DNA of 64,000 nucleotides. Source: a virus. The notes under the pieces were generated by a model. That model saw nothing but the letters and a program-made list of their open reading frames with translations, was not told the origin of the DNA and did no database searches. The stretch lies in IMG/VR virus record IMGVR_UViG_3300042259_000159. The stretch is one strand, 5' to 3'. Below are positions 30,203 to 40,414 of the stretch, in pieces. How positions within the stretch are numbered: position 1 is the stretch's first letter; each line of letters begins with the position of its first letter. Made by a program: the position numbers and the translations under genes.

Positions 30203-30608
30203 ACCGAGCCACTTCAGGATTGAAGAACTTGTTGACAAAAAAACTTTCAACGACAGAGGCGAGAAGGCTTGGCAACTTTTGGATGACAGGGCTTTGTTTG
30301 TTCTTCAGCTTCTCAGAAAGCGTTATGGACCCATTACAGTTAACAACTGGCTGTGGGGAGGGGACAGACAGTGGAGCGGCCTTAGAACAAAAGAGTGCAG
30401 TATTGGTGCAACATATTCTCAGCACAGGTTCGGAAGAGCCTTTGACTGTCTTATTAAAAACGCCACTGCCGAAGAAGTTAGAAAAGATATGCTTGACTTC
30501 TGGCCAAAACAGATGTATAACTTCCCTATCACGATGGAAGACGATGTAAGCTGGTTCCATTTTGATACGCGGCAACAGGAAAATCCAGTAACCATTTTTA
30601 AACCGTAA
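30189..30608 (+). CDS. peptidase M15-like (L-alanyl-D-glutamate / D,D-peptidase type, endolysin-like)
   Basis: ATG at 30189; SQHRFGRAFD matches the H-x6-D zinc-binding motif of M15 peptidases. Confidence 0.55.
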   Translation: MQIYKPSHFRIEELVDKKTFNDRGEKAWQLLDDRALFVLQLLRKRYGPITVNNWLWGGDRQWSGLRTKECSIGATYSQHRFGRAFDCLIKNATAEEVRKDMLDFWPKQMYNFPITMEDDVSWFHFDTRQQENPVTIFKP

Positions 30609-31051
30609 AGGCGAATATCTGCCTAGCGTAACTCATAGGATACATGGACTTCGCAAGTACAAGAATCAAATTAAAAAGGAACTTTAACTATGGATATAGC
30701 GGTATCACACAAGATACGACTGCCGTGGTTCCCCTCCAAATCCTTCTGTGCTAAATCTTAACGCCTGTGGACAGAATGACCTCTGTATCTACCAACCAAT
30801 GGAAGATATAAGTCAGCTGGTTGAAGCAGGAATTAAGTCCGGATTAATAGAAATTAATAGGAATTAAGGAGCAGATGAATATGTTGATTACGAACAATAA
30901 AGAACACCTTCGCTCATACCATGATATCATGCGTCTTTGGAAGATTGGTATCTTCACAGACAAGGCAAAGGATAAGTATTTGAATAAGCTTTATATTCGT
31001 GCTATGCACGACGGTAGGGTTCTTACAGAAAAAGAACATTGAGGGATAGCA

Positions 31052-31393
31052 GTGGACAATGTACCTTTTCTTGACCTTAATAGGGTCTCTGTAAATATGC
31101 TTATCAAAGCACCTGAATTACTTGTTAAAACAGATGCACAGATACATTCCGTAAAACACATTATAGAGGATCTGAATCTAGATGCTGTTAAACTTGTAAA
31201 GATGGCCGTCCTTCTACGTACTCTTTTGAGGCAGAGGAGGTATTATAAAGAGATCACGGCCTTGCATAATTCAATGTGTGTTGATAGTGAAAGGGTACTG
31301 AACTGGAAAAAGAAAAGCGATAGGCGGTTGATGGGGTATAAAGATCAATCCGAGCAACAGCTTGAATACTATGAGAAGAAATACAATCTCTGA
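31052..31393 (+). CDS. hypothetical protein
   Basis: Track ORF 113 aa (GTG start). Confidence 0.35.
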   Translation: MDNVPFLDLNRVSVNMLIKAPELLVKTDAQIHSVKHIIEDLNLDAVKLVKMAVLLRTLLRQRRYYKEITALHNSMCVDSERVLNWKKKSDRRLMGYKDQSEQQLEYYEKKYNL

Positions 31394-31408
31394 TACAGGA
31401 GGAGAAAG

Positions 31409-31600
31409 ATGAAGATGGGTTTTATGACTATTCTGGGTCTTATCTTTATTACGCTGAAACTTACAGGGCATATCCTGTGGTCTTGGTGGTGGGTATTGGC
31501 ACCTTTCTGGGGTCCAGCAGTAATTGCACTGATTTGCTTGATTTGTTTTGTAGCAAGCAACCTGCTGTTTAATACGAACAAAGGCAAAAATAGACTTTAA
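31409..31600 (+). CDS. small membrane protein
   Basis: ATG after aggagg; two hydrophobic helices, Trp-rich. Confidence 0.4.
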   Translation: MKMGFMTILGLIFITLKLTGHILWSWWWVLAPFWGPAVIALICLICFVASNLLFNTNKGKNRL

Positions 31601-31610
31601 GATTAATTTA

Positions 31611-31647
31611 AAAACCGCTTGACAAAATCAGGCGGTTTTTCTATTGT
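31611..31647 (+). promoter_or_regulatory. composite terminator-promoter element
   Basis: Hairpin aaccgc-ttgacaaaatcag-gcggtt followed by ttttt; TTGACA (31619-31624) in the loop and TATTGT 17 nt downstream. Near-identical copy at 38081-38116. Confidence 0.45.
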
Positions 31648-31785
31648 GTTCCTACGGCAACGAGGAAAAGAACACAAATACGCAACAAACAAAAGGGGAA
31701 ATAAAGATGAAATGGTTGGAACAGTTTGAACCTATCAGTAACACCACAAATGTAAAAGCAATTTATGAAGTTGCAGGTATCGTAG

Positions 31786-32058
31786 ATGGTCTTGGGGGAT
31801 CTTTCTGACGAAACATTCAGTAGCTGGCAGGATGTTTTCAAGAAGTGCACGCCTCTTTATGCAGACTGCGTAGGAAGGAGTACATATCAGGTTGTCACCT
31901 ATCTTAGAGAAATTAATGAAATGACCTACCAAGAAGCTGTTTCCTACATGTTACAGGAGATGCTCCCTTTATTTGGAAAGCCCATCTTCTGGCACAGTAA
32001 ACATATACAGCTTTGGGATTATCTCTCAAAGCACGGTGTTAGTAAGAAGAAGGCGTAA
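31786..32058 (+). CDS. hypothetical protein
   Basis: Track ORF 90 aa. Confidence 0.3.
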   Translation: MVLGDLSDETFSSWQDVFKKCTPLYADCVGRSTYQVVTYLREINEMTYQEAVSYMLQEMLPLFGKPIFWHSKHIQLWDYLSKHGVSKKKA

Positions 32059-32235
32059 GGCTCCTATAGACTTTTCAAAGAACTAGTTGGGGCATCAACT
32101 AGTGGAGTAGGGCATGTCAGACTGGAGAAATCTAGCAATGCCTGTTGATACCAGAATCCCAAGAACTTTAGCCTTGGGAGTATGTCAAGGACAAGTTGTG
32201 AATCGATTTGTTTTTTACAAAAAACACAAATTTCT

Positions 32236-32264
32236 ATTGACAAAACTTCTTAGCTTGGATATGT
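32236..32264 (+). promoter_or_regulatory. sigma70-like promoter (same family as 26289)
   Basis: TTGACA, 17 nt spacer, TATGTT, followed by gtatttaac. Confidence 0.4.
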
Positions 32265-32493
32265 TGTATTTAACAAAAACATTTTTTACATCAGAAAAAG
32301 AGAGAAGATCATGATGTATAAAGAAATGACAATCATGCAGTTTTTGGCAAAACTGGCAAATGCCTCTGGAGATGAGGCACTTGACCTTGTTGGGGAATGG
32401 CAATGTGGAGGTCTTGTTGTTGGTGGAATCAGTCTTGATGATGCTGAAGAATTTGAAGCTAAATAAAACACATTTAATAAAAAAGGATTGACA

Positions 32494-32928
32494 ATGACCG
32501 AAAACAATTGTACAAAGTTTCTTGCACGTGAGAAGTACGAGGAAGCATGGATTTGCATGATAACAGCACTGGAACATATTGAGAGTGCAAAATACCTTAT
32601 CGGGCTTTGTAACAGTGTGCATGTCGGCGATGCAACCTATAACCTGAATCGTGCCACCGATGATATGCAAACGGCACACAGTTTCTACAAAGAATTCTTC
32701 GATACTCTGACGATTGGTTGTGATGACGAGGATGAACAAAATGTTTATCAAAGTGAGGAAGAAATTAACGAGGCACTGTGTGACCTAGACATAATGGGGA
32801 TAGACAGTAAAACTGTATGCATTTCTTGTTTTTATTGTGGGGGTATTTGCCCCAAAGACCCCGTTAGTTGCAATCAAGCAACACATTTTTATAAGTTCCT
32901 TCACAAGGATACAGGAGAGCGAGCATGA
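32494..32928 (+). CDS. hypothetical Cys-rich protein
   Basis: ATG at 32494 within track ORF 32488-32928. Confidence 0.4.
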   Translation: MTENNCTKFLAREKYEEAWICMITALEHIESAKYLIGLCNSVHVGDATYNLNRATDDMQTAHSFYKEFFDTLTIGCDDEDEQNVYQSEEEINEALCDLDIMGIDSKTVCISCFYCGGICPKDPVSCNQATHFYKFLHKDTGERA

Positions 32929-33263
32929 ACAAGTGTCAAGAAGAAATCCTTACTTTTGTTGTTGGGGTGGTTGCGGAGATGGAGCGTGAAACAGGAGCGG
33001 ATATTTTTGTAAGTTACTCTCCCCACGTGTCTTGCATCAATGTTAATTTCCACGCTAATAAGTGGATAAGTGGACATGGATCAGATTTTGATGTGGTGTT
33101 TTATCTTGATTCTGAAGAGTATGATGATATAGCTGAAAGTTTCCTGTCTCTGGAGAATGCTAGGGATTTGATTGAAAAGCATCAACAAGATACCCTGCTT
33201 AGAAAGCAAAAAGCCATTAAGGAACTTGAAGAGCAGCTTAAACGCCTGAAAGAAGAGCAGTAA
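32925..33263 (+). CDS. hypothetical protein with C-terminal coiled coil
   Basis: Track ORF 112 aa; start overlaps upstream stop. Confidence 0.45.
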   Translation: MNKCQEEILTFVVGVVAEMERETGADIFVSYSPHVSCINVNFHANKWISGHGSDFDVVFYLDSEEYDDIAESFLSLENARDLIEKHQQDTLLRKQKAIKELEEQLKRLKEEQ

Positions 33264-33270
33264 GTATTGA

Positions 33271-33296
33271 GGCCGGAAATAATCCGGCCTTTTTTA
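33271..33296 (+). terminator. rho-independent terminator
   Basis: ggccggaaataatccggcc hairpin followed by tttttt. Confidence 0.55.
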
Positions 33297-33446
33297 CGTC
33301 TAAATCCAGAGGACTTTTTCATTTTAAAAGGTCTAGAGAGGTTTTTCATTTTGGGAGGTCTAAAGAACATTTTCAATTTACAACCAAAAGTAAAAAGTCT
33401 AGAGAACATTTTTAATTTGAGGTCTAAAGAGGATTTTCATTTTCAG
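33297..33446. repeat. iteron-like array (about five degenerate 27-nt units)
   Basis: Units of the form (a)ggtctaRaga(N)ttttcatttt; the first ~80 nt are identical to 37871-37951. Confidence 0.6.
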
Positions 33447-33460
33447 ATTTTTGTATGAAA

Positions 33461-33600
33461 ATGATACTCATTATCACCGATAATGGTCGTTGAAAACGAC
33501 ATTCATTATCAACGATATTGATAATCATTTTCAATGATATTGAGTTTCATTATCAATCTAAATAGTAACTATTACTAATAATAAAAATTGTGCAGGGGCG
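33461..33600. repeat. cluster of ATTATCA-containing palindromes
   Basis: attatcaccgataat, cattatcaacgatattgataatca, ttcattatcaatc. Confidence 0.45.
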
Positions 33601-34555
33601 GTTTATAATGGATCTTAACCATGTGCCGGAATGCCTTTGATTTTTTCCTCGCTGGCAAAGACAGAATATTAAAAATGCAAACGGCGGTCAAGCGGAAAAT
33701 GAAAAAATATTAAAAATATTTTTTCGGCTTGCCATATCATTATATAGACGCTATATCCATCCCATACCACAGACAATGAATGGAACGCGGAGGAATGGAG
33801 TTTTTATTAAAAATCGTCTGAAAAACACTTGACAGTGATTCCGCTTTGTGTTTAGTTTTTCACCTACAAGAACACAAAAAAGAGGTAAAGAAAATGCCAA
33901 CCATGTATCAATTTGCTAGTGCAACGCCCTACATCATTATTATTGTATCCATGCTGATCTGTGTCGGGATCGGATCAACCCTTTCCAGTAAAAAAGATAG
34001 TAAGCACGCTTGGAACACAACATACAACGGTAAAAATATCTAGGAGGCTAAAAATGTCTGATTTTCTTACTCTTTTCAAGAGCATTGCGGCGGAGGTACT
34101 GGCCGAAGAGGAAACATCCCGCGCAGCTGCTACTACACTTGACGCTTGGCAATGGGCAACGGATGAAACGGACGGATTGCCCGAACAGGTATGCAAACAT
34201 ATAGGTCTGTGGGAGGAACAGGAAAATGAAAGATAAGCAGGTTTTGATTGATCTTGTCACGGCTTGCGGATACATTTGCATTCTTTTTGCTATCCTTTAT
34301 ATATGCCTTTTTATACATGCAGCCTAGTCGGGAGGTGTGAAATGCTTTTTTCAGATTTTTGTAGGGCGCTCCAGTGCACGCCGCTTGCCGGTATCCGGAT
34401 TATTGAGGAGTGGGCAGAAAAGCACAGTACAGTCACCTGTAAAAATATTGTACCGTTCCGGCCTTGGCGGGCTGGACAAATATATGTTAATGAATTGTGC
34501 CCTGAAATATTTGACACCGTATATAAATGGTTTATCGGCAGGGGGGTAGTAAATA

Positions 34556-34843
34556 ATGAAGACAAAGAGTGAAAAAGATTTTTTCATGAAAAACTTTTGT
34601 TCCTATGGTTTTACACGCAAAAGCGTTTTGGCACTATATGACGCTGTACAGGAGTGGGAAGGCAAAGAACAGGATACATACAATTTAGACGGTATACACG
34701 GCTACATACAGGAATGGCTTGCAATTAATCCGCCGGAGGTATTAGCATGCAAAATAACGTTACGCCGTGCCCGTGCCGATGATATTAACGCCGATCCAGA
34801 ACAAATAACACTGTGGAGGAGGAATGCCGGTAAAAATACTTAA
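34556..34843 (+). CDS. hypothetical protein
   Basis: Track ORF 95 aa. Confidence 0.35.
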   Translation: MKTKSEKDFFMKNFCSYGFTRKSVLALYDAVQEWEGKEQDTYNLDGIHGYIQEWLAINPPEVLACKITLRRARADDINADPEQITLWRRNAGKNT

Positions 34844-35174
34844 AAATTGCATGGATGGATATAAAGATGCTATATTTTTTACCGAGGAGGATAAAAACGG
34901 CTGGACAGGAAACGAAACATTTAGTATGGAAGCGGAGGAGGTGATTTTCAAAGACTGCTCGCACTTTGTGGATACCATTATAGGCTATTTACCTATTGAT
35001 TTTTGTGAATATGATCAACTAGGCTTTGATTTTTGGCTTACACGCAACGGGCAAAACGCTTTTGCAAAGCGTATAATGCTTTACAATGGTGCAGCAAAAA
35101 TACTAACACAGGTATCTGAAGTTTTTGGCACTGTTTATGCCTACGCTGAAAATGATGAAATATTTTTGAAATAA
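34824..35174 (+). CDS. hypothetical protein
   Basis: Track ORF 116 aa. Confidence 0.35.
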   Translation: MPVKILKNCMDGYKDAIFFTEEDKNGWTGNETFSMEAEEVIFKDCSHFVDTIIGYLPIDFCEYDQLGFDFWLTRNGQNAFAKRIMLYNGAAKILTQVSEVFGTVYAYAENDEIFLK

Positions 35175-35232
35175 CGCTTGACAATGCTAAAAGTACAGAT
35201 TAGAACAAGACAAACAACAGCAAAAAAGGAGC

Positions 35233-35829
35233 ATGGAAATGAAAATTATCGAAGCTTTTGAAATGTGGGAAAATGAAGTGCAGCCCTTCATCGTTGAAAA
35301 ATACGGTGAAAATGACTTTCCGGCACTTGCGGAAAGCTGGAATGACTTCACAGACATTCTTTGCAAGGACGGAGAATTGACGTCCTTGCAGTATCACTAT
35401 GCACCGGCATATGATGAAGGTATGCCCGACGATGATCTGGAGTACATCCTTGACCAGCTTGGCATTGAGTTCCATTGCGAGACCATACCTGCACGTACAG
35501 ACGGGCTTATGTCTGATATGCCTGCCGGTACGCGGCACTTTGAGTGCACATTCTATCAGGGCAACACTCCGGCTCTTGTTGTGCAGTACTCGCAAGGTCC
35601 TGCACACATGGGCATGCCCACTCGCGAGGAGGTTTTGCAAAGCATCATGCAAGATATCGCCTATGCCGATTACGATTTTGAGGAGTTTTGCAACGAAATG
35701 GGCTACGATACTGACAGCAGGACGGCAGAAAGTATCTATAATGCAGTAGTGGAACAAAACGAAATTGTCCAAGCCATGTTTACGGCGGATGAAATTGCCG
35801 ATCTTCAGCAGCTTTTTTACGATTTTTAA
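35233..35829 (+). CDS. hypothetical protein
   Basis: Track ORF 198 aa with RBS aaaaggagc. Confidence 0.45.
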   Translation: MEMKIIEAFEMWENEVQPFIVEKYGENDFPALAESWNDFTDILCKDGELTSLQYHYAPAYDEGMPDDDLEYILDQLGIEFHCETIPARTDGLMSDMPAGTRHFECTFYQGNTPALVVQYSQGPAHMGMPTREEVLQSIMQDIAYADYDFEEFCNEMGYDTDSRTAESIYNAVVEQNEIVQAMFTADEIADLQQLFYDF

Positions 35830-35839
35830 CGAATAGTGC

Positions 35840-35866
35840 TTGACAGGTGCTGTATTAACCTATAAT
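35840..35866 (+). promoter_or_regulatory. sigma70-like promoter
   Basis: TTGACA, 15 nt spacer, TATAAT. Confidence 0.4.
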
Positions 35867-35907
35867 ACAGTACCTACTCAACCACTATTAAAAACGGAGT
35901 AAAAGCC

Positions 35908-36492
35908 ATGCGTGAAATTATTACGAAAATTTACCGCTTTGAGGAATTGTCTGAAAAATCCCAAGCCCGTGCACTTGAAAAATATCGTGACATTTTTGTG
36001 TCTGATAGCCTTTGGTATGAGGATTTGCTTGAGGAATACAAGGCATGCCTCGAAAAATGTGGGTTCTATGATGCAGAAATACTTTTTTCTGGCTTTTTCT
36101 CGCAAGGGGATGGAGCCTGTTTTGACGCACAACACATTGACGTTGCGGAAGTGCTCAATGCAATAATTATGACTGATCAGGCATGCATTGACCGCGAATT
36201 TATCCGCTTTTACACACTGGCGAATCATGATGCAATCGAGTGCGACATTCTTCAGCGGTCATCCCTTTATGTTCATGAGCATACCAGATACATAGGCGCG
36301 GATAGCCCGTTTTTGACTGAAATGGAAACAAAACGCCTTGAGGAAATTATTGAAAATTTTCGCCTTGATCTGTGCTATACCATATACAACCGCCTTGAGG
36401 CGGAGTATCAATATCAGACCAGTGATGAAGTTTTGCGTGAGTTTTTCATTGATATGGAATGCGAGTTCTATGAAAGCGGGAAGATGGTATAA
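35908..36492 (+). CDS. hypothetical protein
   Basis: Track ORF 194 aa. Confidence 0.45.
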   Translation: MREIITKIYRFEELSEKSQARALEKYRDIFVSDSLWYEDLLEEYKACLEKCGFYDAEILFSGFFSQGDGACFDAQHIDVAEVLNAIIMTDQACIDREFIRFYTLANHDAIECDILQRSSLYVHEHTRYIGADSPFLTEMETKRLEEIIENFRLDLCYTIYNRLEAEYQYQTSDEVLREFFIDMECEFYESGKMV

Positions 36493-36552
36493 CTATCAAA
36501 AATAGTTAGCAATGTTTGAGAGGAAAGAAAAATAATTTTTTATAAAAACCGC

Positions 36553-36581
36553 TTGACAGGTGTAGGGCATATTTGTATGGT
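36553..36581 (+). promoter_or_regulatory. sigma70-like promoter
   Basis: aaaaccgcTTGACA, 17 nt spacer, TATGGT. Confidence 0.4.
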
Positions 36582-36614
36582 TGCCCTACAGACAACAAAA
36601 AAGGACGGTTAAAA

Positions 36615-36890
36615 ATGACAAAGCTTGAAAAACAGAACGCTAAAAAATGGGATGAAATTTGCAACCTCCTCCGCGCCCACGGCTATGAAATGGACCGTTA
36701 TGGCAATATGGTCAAGGGCGAAAAGGGTAGTGCCGTGAGATATAAGAAGATGGCTCGCAATGTGCGCAAAGAGCGTGATTTTTATACGGAAGGGTATGAC
36801 GGGAAAATGGAAAGGCTTTGGCGTAAAGTGTGGTCCATACCGCTTAAGCAGCTTGCCATTGTGGATGGAAAAATAACAAAAAATAAGTGA
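36615..36890 (+). CDS. hypothetical basic protein
   Basis: ATG after aaaaggacgg within track ORF 36573-36890. Confidence 0.4.
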   Translation: MTKLEKQNAKKWDEICNLLRAHGYEMDRYGNMVKGEKGSAVRYKKMARNVRKERDFYTEGYDGKMERLWRKVWSIPLKQLAIVDGKITKNK

Positions 36891-36978
36891 TTTGGTGCAT
36901 TGCGGGGAATCCTGAAAATAATCCTGACAGGATTCCCTGCCCCAGCGTGTCAAAAAACAAAACAGATTGGAGGATACA

Positions 36979-37206
36979 ATGATAGATGAAAATATCCGCT
37001 TCATTAGCATAGAACACGATTATCAGAATAGTGCGGTTCGAAGCTGGTTTAATGTTGACGGTCAGGATTGGTGTATTCACCTTTCCACTATGACAGGGGA
37101 GCGAACTATGCTTGACAGTGAGGGCTATCCAGTTTATCCGCGCAATAGACGTGAAGATGCTATCTGGCGTAGGCTTTTGCAACACGTATATAGGGAGCAG
37201 GTATGA
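36979..37206 (+). CDS. hypothetical protein
   Basis: ATG after ggagga within track ORF 36967-37206. Confidence 0.35.
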   Translation: MIDENIRFISIEHDYQNSAVRSWFNVDGQDWCIHLSTMTGERTMLDSEGYPVYPRNRREDAIWRRLLQHVYREQV

Positions 37207-37460
37207 AAAATATAAAAGCAGTGGATAGAAAAAAGGACCTTTCCACAGGAACCATTGAGTTGATTCATTGGTTTCAGGATCAAGCGCACTGGCAAAAGGA
37301 TCCGTGTTTCAATAGGATGTGCATTCATGTCGCTGATTGCCTTGAGTGTGGGACAATTACACCGATGGAGGGTTATGATATACAGGCATATGTACATCTA
37401 TACGGATTATTCCCGGAGTGGCCGAAGGCGCGGGCGTCAAACTACTCACATACCATCTAG
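37203..37460 (+). CDS. hypothetical protein
   Basis: Track ORF 85 aa. Confidence 0.35.
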   Translation: MKNIKAVDRKKDLSTGTIELIHWFQDQAHWQKDPCFNRMCIHVADCLECGTITPMEGYDIQAYVHLYGLFPEWPKARASNYSHTI

Positions 37461-37478
37461 TACACCAAGGAGCATATT

Positions 37479-37808
37479 ATGACCACAGTGAAAAGATTAC
37501 AGAAGCTGGTTGAAGACATTGCAAGAGACATTGAAAACGGCGTAATTGATTGCGAACCCGTGGACGGTGAAGAGCCTACGGCATTTGATTACCTACAAAA
37601 CGCACTTGCTATTGAGTACATTGTCAGCAGCAGGAAAGAATATCTTGGCGCACGCATCATGGTTGCATGTGGCGGACCTGATATCTGGATTAATACACGC
37701 ACAAACACTGTGGAAGGCTACTGGGGCTCTAATGCAGCCGTGGCCATGGCCTCGGCATTGTTCCGCCGTCACGGAAAAGCGCTGGAGGAATTATACTTGT
37801 GTAGTTAG
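37479..37808 (+). CDS. hypothetical protein
   Basis: Track ORF 109 aa with RBS aaggag. Confidence 0.4.
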   Translation: MTTVKRLQKLVEDIARDIENGVIDCEPVDGEEPTAFDYLQNALAIEYIVSSRKEYLGARIMVACGGPDIWINTRTNTVEGYWGSNAAVAMASALFRRHGKALEELYLCS

Positions 37809-37843
37809 GGGCTACGTTAAAATTAGCAAAAACTTCAAAAAAG

Positions 37844-37871
37844 GCGTTGACAAGGTTGACGCCTTTTTTAC
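37844..37871 (+). terminator. rho-independent terminator
   Basis: ggcgttgacaaggttgacgcc hairpin followed by tttttt. Confidence 0.5.
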
Positions 37872-37951
37872 GTCTAAATCCAGAGGACTTTTTCATTTTA
37901 AAAGGTCTAGAGAGGTTTTTCATTTTGGGAGGTCTAAAGAACATTTTCAAT
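37871..37951. repeat. second copy of iteron-like array
   Basis: acgtctaaatccagaggactttttcattttaaaaggtctagagaggtttttcattttgggaggtctaaagaacattttcaat, identical to the start of 33297-33446. Confidence 0.6.
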
Positions 37952-38080
37952 CCGATGCAGCCTTTGCCGCGTATAGCCGTGACCGCATTGGTTTGGATGG
38001 AGAACTGGAGGGATTGTATGCGTGTAAGCCTCCGCTAACACACATAAGGCTGCTTACAGTAAAAATAGAAAAACTATTCA

Positions 38081-38116
38081 AAACCGCTTGACAAAACCGG
38101 GCGGTTCTTCTATTGT
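38081..38116 (+). promoter_or_regulatory. composite terminator-promoter element (copy 2)
   Basis: aaaccgcTTGACAaaaccgggcggttcttcTATTGTgttcct; near-identical to 31611-31647. Confidence 0.45.
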
Positions 38117-38157
38117 GTTCCTAACGAACACAAACACTCAACAAAGAGAGGTAAAGA

Positions 38158-38502
38158 ATGTTTCCTATCAAGATGAATGTCAAGCATTTTTATGCCGCCA
38201 GAAAAGCGTTCCTGCATGCATTTATGCGCCACAACAACCCCGACAGTATATTCGACGAGACAGATTGCGCGATCAATGCCGTAAATCGTGAAAGAATCTA
38301 TAAAAAAAGAGAAAAGGACGCGTTTGTTGTTGGATTTCTTGCGTTTTTGTCTGATATTGACAATATCAAAGAGCTGTACAGACAGCACGGGGAAGATGCT
38401 GTTATGAAGACTTGGCTAGTAGACAAAAAACTGGTGCTTACCGGTGACGAAGATATGATAGACGATGTTCTGTATAGGGTAGGGCTCAAGGTAGCTAAAT
38501 AA
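38158..38502 (+). CDS. hypothetical protein
   Basis: Track ORF 114 aa with RBS agagaggt. Confidence 0.4.
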   Translation: MFPIKMNVKHFYAARKAFLHAFMRHNNPDSIFDETDCAINAVNRERIYKKREKDAFVVGFLAFLSDIDNIKELYRQHGEDAVMKTWLVDKKLVLTGDEDMIDDVLYRVGLKVAK

Positions 38503-39119
38503 TCAAAAAACCTCAAAACAACATAAATAACAGGAGCACACTATAACTGACCGCACATTCTTTATCCACCTTATATCCGGCCACGTTGCTACGCTCGAAG
38601 AGTGGAGGGCAGACTATAAGTCAATGGATGCAGAACTATGGCACGGCAAGCCCGCTGAAGAGTGCAACCCTGATGAATGGCTTAAAGACGGCCTCCTTGA
38701 GGAATATGAAGCGGATCCCAACGAATAAAGCAGTTACACCACAGAGGCACCTATGAGGTGCCTCTTCTTATGCCTACTAGCGCCGTTATCAGGGTAACGG
38801 CAGGAATCAGCGGGAAACATGTATATAAGGAAAGAAAAACTAAAAGATAACCTAGGACATACGTAAGAGGTAAAAAGCATTAGAAGGCGCATAAGGGGCA
38901 CTAAATATGCCCCTTATTTGTTTGTGTGTCTAATAGGCTTTGTGTGTGCAAAAAGGCTTGTATAGCGGCTTTATCATGGAAGCCGCGCATACAGGCAAGG
39001 CTTTTAGCACTATATATGCACAGATACGGTGTATCCGTGAATATGGTTAATAATCTCTAAATACCTGCCCGAAAGATATGAAATATCTTGAGGGGGGAAA
39101 CACACAATAATCCTCCTGT

Positions 39120-39370
39120 CAAGTGTTACTGATTTTGAATATCATTATCAATGGAGATATTGTCATTGAACAGCATAACGCTGTTATACACACGGATCAA
39201 TTAATTCCCATCGATCAGCATTTCGCTGGTGCTGCTGGAATCAACACTTGTTGAGATAATGACATCCATTATCAATGCTGTTCAATGGCCGTTTTCAACG
39301 GCAATGTTTCACGTGAAACATTCCTGATCAGAATACTGGCAAGAAACATTGATAACGACAATCTTTATCA
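39120..39370. repeat. palindrome/repeat cluster in large non-coding region
   Basis: Repeated cattatcaatg units, palindrome gtttcacgtgaaac, and gttgataacgacaatctttatcaac inverted repeat. Confidence 0.4.
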
Positions 39371-39442
39371 ACGTATCTGGCGATCCTTTCAGGTTAACAC
39401 AAATCTGGAAGAAAGTAAAGTAATATAAATTTTAATAAGGGG

Positions 39443-39471
39443 TTGACATCTTCCTGATATTTTGATATTAT
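39443..39471 (+). promoter_or_regulatory. sigma70-like promoter
   Basis: TTGACA, 17 nt spacer, TATTAT. Confidence 0.35.
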
Positions 39472-39967
39472 AGAAAGAGAGGCGTATGGGGAGGGGGGAG
39501 GCCTTAAGCACCGGTATACTTATATACCAAGTACCCCTATAGGTTCATGCCGGATATTTGCCCAAGTACCCCTATAATGGTATACCGATATACTTATACA
39601 CACCATATCTGCACACAGAAGGTATAGGGGGATATTTCCTGCTAGGATATTTCCACACAAAAAGGGGGAGTATATGGGAGGGATATTCCTGAAGGGAATA
39701 GATATTTTAGACAGGTATATATATATTATCTCTATGCTATATATACTCTATATATGTATATTCCATATATACATATTTCTTCTTATTCTATTCTTCTATT
39801 TCTACTAATGAGATATATACATATTAGGACAGCATATGCATGTGTCTACATCACATGTAGACACATATATACACATTCCCTTTCCTAACGGACAGCCGTA
39901 TTATAACATATTTTTTGGATTTTGTCAAGAACTTTTTTGTATTTCACATGGAAAATATTTCATACCG

Positions 39968-40085
39968 GCTATTCCTTTTGGGAATAGCCTATTCCATTTT
40001 GGAATAACCATTCCTAGGGGAATAGCCTGTTCCCAGAGGGAACAGACATACCCGAAGGGAATAGATATGCCCATTGGAAATAGCA
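39968..40085. repeat. array of GGAATAG-containing direct and inverted repeats
   Basis: gggaatagcc, ggaatagcctattcc, gaatagcctgttccc, gggaatagatatgccc, ggaaatagc within about 120 nt. Confidence 0.45.
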
Positions 40086-40414
40086 AAAGCCCACACACCT
40101 GTAAAGATATGTGGGCTGATAACATTAACAGTGTTAATAACATTAGCGAAGCTAATAATATTTTATCCTATCAATCAATACCTGTAGCTACGTGATCGAG
40201 GCAGAGCACCTGTGGTCGAGGTAGAACACCTTGCCAATGCAGAAGGTATGCCCTTCCTTCATAATGCGGAATGTTGCTTGCATGGGCACATTTACCTCCA
40301 CTACCCACTGGATGCCTTGTTCAGGCCAGAAACTCAAGCTGCCGTTAAACTCAAAAGGCTTTGCTTCACAACCCTTCACAGCGGTATTTATCTCTTCCAT
40401 ACCATCTTCACCAG

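Noticed and set aside
33297-33446. Possible CRISPR array
   Set aside because: The units are degenerate, contiguous and have no unique spacers; the pattern fits iterons or binding sites, and there is no cas gene nearby.
39836-40195. ORFs of 119 aa (+) and 72 aa (-) in the GGAATAG repeat region
   Set aside because: Both span the repeat array and low-complexity sequence, have no RBS, and the translations are repeat-driven.
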